Source of the DNA: a virus
Lineage: Duplodnaviria > Heunggongvirae > Uroviricota > Caudoviricetes
Virus record (IMG/VR): IMGVR_UViG_2778261161_000006
Coordinates: 1-10,424 of that record
Length of the DNA stretch: 10,424 nucleotides
Reading direction: 5' to 3' (one strand)
Shown here: piece after piece, positions 1 through 6,423 of the stretch
Numbering within the stretch: position 1 is the stretch's first letter
Layout: every line of letters begins with the position of its first letter
Position numbers and translations under genes: made by a program
Notes under the pieces: generated by a model
What the model was told of the DNA's origin: nothing
Databases searched by the model: none
The model's input: only the letters and a program-made list of their open reading frames with translations

Positions 1-165
1 ATCTCTGTTGCCGGGATGCCTTCCAGTACAGGCCAGAAAGAGCCATCATCAAGCCCGAGATCGCGGCGTTCGGTTACCGTGGCATTTGAAGAGAAGTATG
101 GCTCCCAGCTGGAGCTGATATTTCGTTTTATCGATCGCGCACTGGCGATTGGTGTGCTGGCCTGA
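1..165 (+). CDS. 3' end of an unidentified ORF upstream of Q (partial; start lies outside the window)
   Basis: Frame 1 is open from position 1 to a TGA at 163-165, ending 17 nt before the Q start. The translation (…[30 protein letters not shown]) matches nothing I recognise. Supported only by the open frame and position. Confidence 0.25.
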   Translation: MSVAGMPSSTGQKEPSSSPRSRRSVTVAFEEKYGSQLELIFRFIDRALAIGVLA

Positions 166-182
166 TTTTGTGGAGAAAGTTA

Positions 183-566
183 ATGCGTGATATTCAGATG
201 GTTCTTGAACGTTGGGGAGCGTGGGCGGCTAATAATCATGAAGATGTGACCTGGTCGTCCATTGCCGCCGGTTTTAAGGGATTAATTCCTTCAAAAGTAA
301 AATCTCGCCCGCAATGTTGTGACGATGACGCGATGATTATTTGCGGGTGCATGGCCCGTCTGAAAAAGAACAACAGCGATTTGCACGATTTATTAGTAGA
401 TTATTATGTAGTCGGTATGACATTCATGTCACTGGCAGGTAAGCATTGCTGCTCTGATGGTTATATCGGGAAAAGGTTACAGAAGGCTGAGGGCATAATT
501 GAAGGGATGTTAATGGCATTAGATATCCGGTTAGAGATGGATATCGTTGTTAATAACTCTAATTAA
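183..566 (+). CDS. quuD: Late-gene antitermination protein Q (127 aa)
   Basis: ATG at 183 preceded by GGAG at 171-174. Cys-rich putative zinc-binding region (…[18 protein letters not shown]…GKHCCSDGY…). Sits immediately upstream of hairpin terminators and the lysis cassette. Matches my recollection of the DLP12 Q-like protein. Confidence 0.8.
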   Translation: MRDIQMVLERWGAWAANNHEDVTWSSIAAGFKGLIPSKVKSRPQCCDDDAMIICGCMARLKKNNSDLHDLLVDYYVVGMTFMSLAGKHCCSDGYIGKRLQKAEGIIEGMLMALDIRLEMDIVVNNSN

Positions 567-599
567 TATGCCAATTGTTTACTGAAAGTTATTAAAAAT

Positions 600-618
600 G
601 GGGCGTTGCAACGCCCCC
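600..618 (-). terminator. GC-rich perfect palindrome GGGGCGTTGCAACGCCCC; candidate intrinsic terminator for the antisense porin transcript (possibly bidirectional)
   Basis: 18-nt perfect palindrome at 600-617. On the minus strand it is followed by ATTTTTAATAAC (complement of 585-599). It lies about 140 nt downstream of the nmpC stop on the minus strand. Confidence 0.4.
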
Positions 619-683
619 AAAAATAAAGGGTAATATATAACAGAAGGTTTATATAGTTAGAAGCAAGGTTGTGCTCCTAAAGG

Positions 684-747
684 AAGTGGCTTGAGGGAGC
701 CACTTATATGTTGGGGAGGCAACGCCTCCCGCAACATATCTTTTTCG
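684..747 (+). terminator. Tandem hairpins downstream of Q; the second is a strong intrinsic terminator (candidate tR' of the Q-controlled late transcript)
   Basis: Hairpin 1: AAGTGGCT (684-691) / AGCCACTT (698-705), loop TGAGGG. Hairpin 2: ATATGTTGGGGAGGC (706-720) / GCCTCCCGCAACATAT (724-739), about 15 bp with a one-nt bulge, followed by C and TTTTT (741-745). The position is analogous to lambda pR'-tR'. Confidence 0.5.
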
Positions 748-755
748 TAATCAGA

Positions 756-1853
756 TTAGAACTGGTAAACCAGACCTACAGCAACGATGTCATCAGTGCT
801 TACACCGAGTGCTTTAGTGAAGTCATTTTTGTCAAGCAGGTTGATTTTGTAATCAACGAAAGTAGACATATTTTTGTTGAAGTAATAGGTTGCACCTACA
901 TCAACATATTTGACTAAGTCCTGATCGCCCCATACTCCAAGATCCTTACCTTTAGATTGCAGGTAAGCAACGGACGGACGCAGACCGAAATCGAACTGAT
1001 ATTGTGCAACAGCTTCGAAGTTTTGAGCTTTATTAGCAACGAAGTGATCAGCAAATACAGTCATATTCTGGGTTTCAGAATAGGTAGTGGCCAGGTAAAT
1101 GTTGTTAGCGTCATATTTCAGACCTGCGGCCCAAACTTCTGCATTTTTACCGGAAGCAAATACTTCAGGAAGAACTTTCCCTGCATTAACTTGAGTGTCG
1201 GTACGATCAGATTTCGCATAAGTTGCACCGATACCGAATCCTTCGTATTCATAGGTAGCAGAGAAACCGAAGCCATCACCGTTACCTTCGGTGTAGTTAT
1301 CGAAATCGCTACGATCGTTTTTGCCTTGGTACTGAGCAGCAAAGTTCAGACCATCAACCAGACCAAAGAAGTCGTTGTTACGATAGGTTGCAACACCAGT
1401 GGTGCGACCAGTCATGAACACATCTGTTTGGGTCCAGGTATCGCCACCGAATTCTGGCAGAACGTCAGTCCACGCACCGATGTCGTATGCTACACCGTAG
1501 TTACGGCCGTAATCGATTGAGCCGTAGTCACCGAATTTCAGGCCTGCAAATGCAAGACGGGTTTTGTCTTTGGAGGAACCTTGAGATTCAGCGCGGTTGC
1601 CTTTGAATTCATATTCCCACTGACCGAAACCAGTCAGCTGATCGTTGATTTGGGTTTCGCCTTTGAAGCCCAGACGAACATAAGTAGTATCACCATCATC
1701 TGCATCGTTAGAGGAAAAGTAGTGCTTGGCATTAACTTTCCCGTACAGATCCAGCTTGTTACTGTCTTTATTATAAATTTCAGCTGCCTGAGCAGACATC
1801 GCCATCAGTACTGATGCAGCTACAGCAGAAATTGCCACTGTTAATTTTTTCAT
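756..1853 (-). CDS. nmpC: Outer-membrane general porin, OmpC/OmpF family (NmpC / phage Lc-type), intact 365 aa
   Basis: N-terminal signal peptide [23 protein letters not shown]|AEIYNKD. Porin-like Gly/Tyr/Asp-rich beta-strand pattern and C-terminal YQF with terminal Phe, typical of outer-membrane beta-barrels. Uninterrupted ORF; no IS sequence inside. Confidence 0.92.
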   Translation of the reverse strand: MKKLTVAISAVAASVLMAMSAQAAEIYNKDSNKLDLYGKVNAKHYFSSNDADDGDTTYVRLGFKGETQINDQLTGFGQWEYEFKGNRAESQGSSKDKTRLAFAGLKFGDYGSIDYGRNYGVAYDIGAWTDVLPEFGGDTWTQTDVFMTGRTTGVATYRNNDFFGLVDGLNFAAQYQGKNDRSDFDNYTEGNGDGFGFSATYEYEGFGIGATYAKSDRTDTQVNAGKVLPEVFASGKNAEVWAAGLKYDANNIYLATTYSETQNMTVFADHFVANKAQNFEAVAQYQFDFGLRPSVAYLQSKGKDLGVWGDQDLVKYVDVGATYYFNKNMSTFVDYKINLLDKNDFTKALGVSTDDIVAVGLVYQF

Positions 1854-2441
1854 CGTGAGCCCTTTTTTTTGAACTATTATTAAAAAATGATGTCACTGCG
1901 CGATAAATATTCATCTAATCAATGTGATTATTTCAAGATGTAAGTTTTAGTTTCTCATTTAATTTGTGAAGTAGATCTCTATTTTTATCTGAACTTTTTC
2001 TATCGAAACCTATTTATGGCTCTTATTTGAACAAAAATAAATCTATTAGCTAATTTATATTAATGGCTGTTATTTATGGTGGTTCTATAATTCGTCTGTT
2101 TAATTTAAACCGGCTAAAAATAACACTGGAAATTATTTATTGGTTATTTGTTGAGGTTTTCTTATGTATTTGTGGTGATGTTTTGAACACTCGGTAGCAT
2201 TCTCATAAATATCATTCAGTGGTTTACGTACGTAAAAAATTGGTTATGCTGTTAAGAGTGGTTACTTCGTCACACAGCTTAAACCCGCCGTCGAGCTGGT
2301 TTTTCCATTTTTTGAGTCTCGATATTAGCTGATAACTCAATACCTGAGTTATTCACTGACTCGGAGTCAGTTACGTTTCTGCTTTTTTGCGATACGTTGT
2401 ATTCCCTCAATTTACACCCGCTTTGTCTGCGAGGTGGGGTT
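1854..2441. promoter_or_regulatory. AT-rich intergenic region of about 590 bp holding the divergent nmpC promoter/leader and the lysis-cassette upstream region; contains repeated TATTTATGG-type motifs and a 14-bp palindrome
   Basis: Visibly AT-rich. Direct repeats ATGGCTCTTATTT (2016-2028) and ATGGCTGTTATTT (2063-2075). TATTTATGG at 2011 and 2071, and TATTTATTGG near 2134. Perfect palindrome TTTACGTACGTAAA at 2223-2236. Confidence 0.4.
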
Positions 2442-2657
2442 ATGAAATTCATGGATAAGTTAACAACTGGAGTCGCCTATGGCACCTCAGCAGGTAGTGC
2501 CGGTTACTGGTTTTTACAGCTGCTCGATAAAGTCACTCCCTCACAGTGGGCAGCAATAGGTGTGCTGGGTAGCCTGGTATTTGGCCTGCTGACGTACCTG
2601 ACAAACCTTTATTTCAAGATTAAAGAAGATAAGCGCAAGGCTGCGAGAGGTGAATAA
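2442..2657 (+). CDS. essD: Class II holin / pinholin with dual-start motif (phage 21 S-like), 71 aa
   Basis: RBS GAGGTGGGG upstream of ATG 2442. N-terminus MKFMDK has two in-frame Met codons (holin/antiholin dual start). Two hydrophobic segments and a charged C-terminus ([13 protein letters not shown]). Stop overlaps the endolysin start (TAATG). Closely resembles phage 21 S as I recall it. Confidence 0.9.
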
Positions 2658-3154
2658 TGCCTCCATCATTACGAAAAGCCGTTGCTGCTGCTATTGGTGG
2701 CGGAGCAATTGCTATAGCATCAGTGTTAATCACTGGCCCAAGTGGTAACGATGGTCTGGAAGGTGTCAGCTACATACCATACAAAGATATTGTTGGTGTA
2801 TGGACTGTATGTCACGGACACACCGGAAAAGACATCATGCTCGGTAAAACGTATACCAAAGCAGAATGCAAAGCACTCTTGAATAAAGACCTTGCCACTG
2901 TCGCCAGACAAATTAACCCGTATATCAAAGTCGATATACCGGAAACAACGCGCGGCGCTCTTTACTCATTCGTTTACAATGTGGGTGCTGGCAATTTTAG
3001 AACATCGACGCTTCTTCGCAAAATAAACCAGGGCGATATCAAAGGCGCATGTGATCAGCTGCGTCGCTGGACATACGCTGGCGGTAAGCAATGGAAAGGC
3101 CTGATGACTCGTCGTGAGATTGAGCGTGAAGTCTGTTTGTGGGGGCAACAGTGA
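2657..3154 (+). CDS. rrrD: SAR (signal-anchor-release) endolysin, T4-lysozyme-like muramidase, 165 aa
   Basis: N-terminal Gly/Ala-rich hydrophobic segment [20 protein letters not shown] (SAR domain). Catalytic E35, D44, T50 in [16 protein letters not shown]. Start overlaps the holin stop. Typical phage 21 R-type. Confidence 0.92.
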
Positions 3155-3612
3155 GCAGAGTAACCGCGATTATATCCGCTCTGATTATCTGCATCATCGT
3201 CAGCCTGTCATGGGCGGTCAATCATTACCGTGATAACGCAATCGCCTACAAAGCCCAGCGCGACAAAAATGCCAGAGAACTGAAGCTAGCGAACGCGGCA
3301 ATTACTGACATGCAGATGCGTCAGCGTGATGTTGCTGCGCTCGATGCAAAATACACGAAGGAGTTAGCTGATGCGAAAGCTGAAAATGATGCTCTGCGTG
3401 ATGATGTTGCCGCTGGTCGTCGTCGGTTGCACATCAAAGCAGTCTGTCAGTCAGTGCGTGAAGCCACCACGGCCTCCGGCGTGGATAATGCAGCCTCCCC
3501 CCGACTGGCAGACACCGCTGAACGGGATTATTTCACCCTCAGAGAGAGGCTGATCACTATGCAAAAACAACTGGAAGGAACCCAGAAGTATATTAATGAG
3601 CAGTGCAGATAG
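3151..3612 (+). CDS. rzpD: Inner-membrane spanin Rz (i-spanin), lambda-type
   Basis: Protein from [13 protein letters not shown]… is near-identical to lambda Rz as I recall it (N-terminal TMD, coiled-coil periplasmic domain). Likely GTG start at 3151 overlapping the endolysin stop (GTGA), preceded by GGGGG; an alternative GTG at 3139 is possible. Confidence 0.85.
3371..3553 (+). CDS. rzoD: Outer-membrane lipoprotein spanin Rz1 (o-spanin), embedded in the +1 frame of Rz, 60 aa
   Basis: [20 protein letters not shown]… has lipobox LVVVGC and a proline-rich mature region ([16 protein letters not shown]). Fully nested within Rz. Near-identical to lambda Rz1 as recalled. Confidence 0.85.
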   Translation: MRKLKMMLCVMMLPLVVVGCTSKQSVSQCVKPPRPPAWIMQPPPDWQTPLNGIISPSERG

Positions 3613-3643
3613 AGCTGACCATATCGATGGGCAACTCATGCAA

Positions 3644-3937
3644 TTATTTTGAGCAATACACACGCGCTTCCAGCGGAGTATAAATGCCTAAAGTAATAAA
3701 ACCGAGCAATCCATTTACGAATGTTTGCTGGGTTTCTGTTTTAACAACATTTTCTGCGCCGCCACAAATTTTGGCTGCATCGACAGTTTTCTTCTGCCCA
3801 ATTCCAGAAACGAAGAAATGATGGGTGATGGTTTCCTTTGGTGCTACTGCTGTCTGTTTGTTTTGAACAGTAAACGTCTGTTGAGCACATCCTGTAATAA
3901 GCAGGGCCAGCGCAGTAGCGAGTAGCATTTTTTTCAT
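3644..3937 (-). CDS. borD: Bor outer-membrane lipoprotein (serum-resistance, Iss family), 97 aa
   Basis: MKKMLLATALALLITGC… has lipobox LITGC. Same length and near-identical sequence to lambda Bor as recalled. Antisense to the lysis genes, as in lambda. Confidence 0.92.
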   Translation of the reverse strand: MKKMLLATALALLITGCAQQTFTVQNKQTAVAPKETITHHFFVSGIGQKKTVDAAKICGGAENVVKTETQQTFVNGLLGFITLGIYTPLEARVYCSK

Positions 3938-4227
3938 GGTGTTATTCCCGATGCTTTTTGAAGTTCGCAGAATCGTATGTGTAGAAAATTAAACAAACCC
4001 TAAACAATGAGTTGAAATTTCATATTGTTAATATTTATTAATGTATGTCAGGTGCGATGAATCGTCATTGTATTCCCGGATTAACTATGTCCACAGCCCT
4101 GACGGGGAACTTCTCTGCGGGAGTGTCCGGGAATAATTAAAAACGATGCACACAGGGTTTAGCGCGTACACGTATTGCATTATGCCAACGCCCCGGTGCT
4201 GACACGGAAGAAACCGGACGTTATGAT

Positions 4228-4638
4228 TTAGCGTGGAAAGATTTGTGTAGTGTTCTGAATGCTCTCAGTAAATAGTAATGAATTATCAAAGGTATAGTAA
4301 TATCTTTTATGTTCGTGGATATTTGTAACCCATCGGAAAACTCCTGCTTTAGCAAGATTTTCCCTGTATTGCTGAAATGTGATTTCTCTTGATTTCAACC
4401 TATCAAAGGACGTTTCTATAAGATGCGTATTTCTTGAGAATTTAACATTTACAACCTTTTTAAGTCCTTTTATTAACACAGTGTTATCGTTTTCTAACAC
4501 AATGTGAATATTATCTGTGGCTAGATAGTAAATATAATGTGAGACATTGTGACGTTTTAGTTCAGAATAAAACAATTCACAGTTTAAATCTTTTCGCACT
4601 TGATCGAATATTTCTTTAAAAATGGCAACCTGAGCCAT
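4228..4638 (-). CDS. ybcV: Hypothetical protein YbcV (DUF1398-type), 136 aa; AT-rich cargo gene
   Basis: ORF open to 4761 (177 aa), but the internal ATG at 4638 is preceded by GGAAGG about 9 nt upstream and gives the 136-aa form I recall for K-12 YbcV. Strongly AT-rich compared with the flanking lambda-like DNA. Confidence 0.7.
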   Translation of the reverse strand: MAQVAIFKEIFDQVRKDLNCELFYSELKRHNVSHYIYYLATDNIHIVLENDNTVLIKGLKKVVNVKFSRNTHLIETSFDRLKSREITFQQYRENLAKAGVFRWVTNIHEHKRYYYTFDNSLLFTESIQNTTQIFPR

Positions 4639-4923
4639 TGGTAAAACCTTCCATGTGATACGAGGGCGCGTAGTTTGCATTATCGTTTTTATCGTTTCAA
4701 TCTGGTCTGACCTCTTTGTGTTTTGTTGATGATTTATGTCAAATATTAGGAATGTTTTCAATTAATAGTATTGGTTGTGTAACAAAGTGCGGTCCTGCTG
4801 GCATTCTGGAGGGAAATACAACCGACAGATGTATGTAAGGCCAACGTGCTCAAATCTTCATACAGAAAGATTTGAAGTAATATTTTAACCGCTAGATGAA
4901 GAGCAAGCGCATGGAGCGACAAA

Positions 4924-5130
4924 ATGAATAAAGAACAATCTGCTGATGATCCCTCCGTGGATCTGATTCGTGTAAAAAATATGCTTAATAGCACCATTTC
5001 TATGAGTTACCCTGATGTTGTAATTGCATGTATAGAACATAAGGTGTCTCTGGAAGCATTCAGGGCAATTGAGGCAGCGTTGGTGAAGCACGATAATAAT
5101 ATGAAGGATTATTCCCTGGTGGTTGACTGA
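4924..5130 (+). CDS. ybcW: Small hypothetical protein YbcW, 68 aa
   Basis: ATG at 4924 preceded by GGAG (4911-4914). 68-aa ORF in the position and of the length I recall for DLP12 ybcW. Divergent from ybcV. No recognisable domain. Confidence 0.6.
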
Positions 5131-5294
5131 TCACCATAACTGCTAATCATTCAAACTACTTAACCTGTGACAGAGCCAACACGCAGTCTGTCACTGTCAG
5201 GAAAGTGGTAAAACTGCAACTCAATTACTGCAATGCCCTCGTAATTAAGTGAATTTACAATATCGTCCTGTTCGGAGGGAAGAACGCGGGATGT

Positions 5295-5489
5295 TCATTC
5301 TTCATCACTTTTAATTGATGTATATGCTCTCTTTTCTGACGTTAGCCTCCGACGGCAGGCTTCAATGACCCAGGCTGAGAAATTCCCGGACCCTTTTTGA
5401 TCAAGAGCGATGTTAATTTGTTCAATCATTTGGTTAGGAAAGCGGATGTTGCGGGTTGTTGTTCTGCGGGTTCTGTTCTTCGTTGACAT
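5295..5489 (-). CDS. ylcI: Small basic protein with predicted ribbon-helix-helix fold (YlcI-like), 64 aa
   Basis: Basic N-terminal tail (KNRTRRTTTR) followed by a beta-strand/helix/helix pattern NIRFPNQMIEQINIALDQKGSGNFSAWVIEACRRRL, typical of Arc/MetJ/CopG regulators. Lies in DNA that matches the lambda right end as I recall it. Confidence 0.55.
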   Translation of the reverse strand: MSTKNRTRRTTTRNIRFPNQMIEQINIALDQKGSGNFSAWVIEACRRRLTSEKRAYTSIKSDEE

Positions 5490-5688
5490 GAGGTTGCCCC
5501 GTATTCAGTGTCGCTGATTTGTATTGTCTGAAGTTGTTTTTACGTTAAGTTGATGCGGATCAATTAATACGATACCTGCGTCATAATTGATTATTTGACG
5601 TGGTTTGATGGCGTAGATGCACGTTGTGACATGTAGATGATAATTATTATCATTTTGCGGGTCCTTTCCGGCGATCCGACAGGTTACG

Positions 5689-5700
5689 GGGCGGCGACCT
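5689..5700 (+). other. cosN: lambda cohesive-end sequence GGGCGGCGACCT (terminase nicking site)
   Basis: Exact 12-nt lambda cohesive-end sequence, flanked on both sides by sequence matching the lambda genome termini as I recall them (…CCGACAGGTTACG | GGGCGGCGACCTCGCGGGTTTTCGCTATTTATGAAAATTTTCCGG…). Confidence 0.9.
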
Positions 5701-5739
5701 CGCGGGTTTTCGCTATTTATGAAAATTTTCCGGTTTAAG

Positions 5740-5856
5740 GCATTTCCGTTCTTCTTCGTCGTAACTTAATGTTTTTATTTAAAATACCCCCTGAAAAGAA
5801 AGGAAACGACAGGTGCTGAAAACGAGCTTTTGGGCCTCTGTCGTTTCCTTTCTCTG
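5740..5856 (+). promoter_or_regulatory. cosB: terminase small-subunit binding region (R3, IHF site I1, R2, R1)
   Basis: R3-like CATTTCCGTTCTTCTTCG (5741-5758). AT-rich I1-like stretch (about 5768-5786). R2 GAAAGGAAACGACAGG (5798-5813) and R1 CTGTCGTTTCCTTTC (5838-5852) form a 15-nt inverted repeat. Positioned between cosN and the Nu1 start, as in lambda. Confidence 0.75.
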
Positions 5857-5877
5857 TTTTTGGCCGTGGAATGAACA

Positions 5878-6423
5878 ATGGAAGTCAACAAAAAGCAGCT
5901 GGCTGACATTTTCGGTGCGAGTATCCGTACCATTCAGAACTGGCAGGAACAGGGAATGCCCGTTCTGCGAGGCGGTGGCAAGGGTAATGAGGTGCTTTAT
6001 GACTCTGCCGCCGTTATAAGATGGTATGCCGAAAGGGATGCTGAAATTGAGAACGAAAAGCTGCGCCGGGAAGTTGAAGAACTGCGGCAGGCCAGCGAGA
6101 CAGATCTCCAGCCAGGGACTATTGAGTACGAACGCCATCGACTTACGCGTGCGCAGGCCGACGCACAGGAGTTGAAAAATGCCAGAGACTCCGCTGAAGT
6201 GGTGGAAACCGCATTCTGTACTTTCGTGCTGTCGCGGATCGCAGGTGAAATTGCCAGTATTCTCGACGGGATCCCCCTGTCGGTGCAGCGGCGTTTTCCG
6301 GAACTGGAAAACCGACATGTTGATTTCCTGAAACGGGATATCATCAAAGCCATGAACAAAGCAGCCGCGCTGGATGAACTGATACCGGGGTTGCTGAGTG
6401 AATATATCGAACAGTCAGGTTAA
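5878..6423 (+). CDS. nohD: Terminase small subunit Nu1, 181 aa
   Basis: MEVNKKQLADIFGASIRTIQNWQEQGMPVLRGGGKGNEV… (winged helix-turn-helix N-terminus) is near-identical to lambda Nu1 as recalled. 3' end overlaps the A start, as in lambda. Confidence 0.93.
   Translation: MEVNKKQLADIFGASIRTIQNWQEQGMPVLRGGGKGNEVLYDSAAVIRWYAERDAEIENEKLRREVEELRQASETDLQPGTIEYERHRLTRAQADAQELKNARDSAEVVETAFCTFVLSRIAGEIASILDGIPLSVQRRFPELENRHVDFLKRDIIKAMNKAAALDELIPGLLSEYIEQSG

Noticed and set aside
168-182. TTG at 168 as the Q start (132 aa)
   Set aside because: The ATG at 183 has a well-spaced GGAG RBS, and the TTG extension would include that RBS. The 127-aa form is preferred.
708-1814. ORFs 708-917(+), 957-1520(+), 1118-1342(-) and 1581-1814(+) overlapping the porin gene
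   Set aside because: They lie antisense to or out of frame within a clearly recognisable 365-aa porin ORF; no RBS or recognisable protein features. Chance ORFs.
2356-2388. Short hairpin CTGACT/AGTCAG followed by a T-tract just upstream of the holin RBS
   Set aside because: Only a 6-bp stem, and the T-run begins about 12 nt after it, so not a canonical intrinsic terminator. At most a weak attenuator; too little evidence to report as a feature.
2397-2441. Upstream extension of the holin ORF (ATG 2397, 86 aa)
   Set aside because: The extension ([15 protein letters not shown]) has no RBS, and it contains the GAGGTGGGG RBS for the ATG at 2442. Pinholins of this type are about 71 aa with the MK-x-M dual start.
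2726-3221. Minus-strand ORFs 2726-2911, 2966-3148 and 3039-3221 antisense to the endolysin and Rz
   Set aside because: Short and antisense to well-supported genes, with no independent signals.
3451-3925. ORFs 3451-3663(-) and 3725-3925(+)
   Set aside because: Antisense to Rz/Rz1 and to bor respectively. No RBS; Cys/Phe-rich low-complexity translations typical of antisense frames.
4639-4761. Longer 177-aa form of ybcV starting at 4761
   Set aside because: No Shine-Dalgarno upstream of 4761, whereas the internal ATG at 4638 has GGAAGG. The extension cannot be excluded without expression data.
4758-5091. Minus-strand ORFs 4758-4997 and 4885-5091
   Set aside because: They overlap the ybcV/ybcW divergent region and are antisense to ybcW. 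No RBS; likely spurious.
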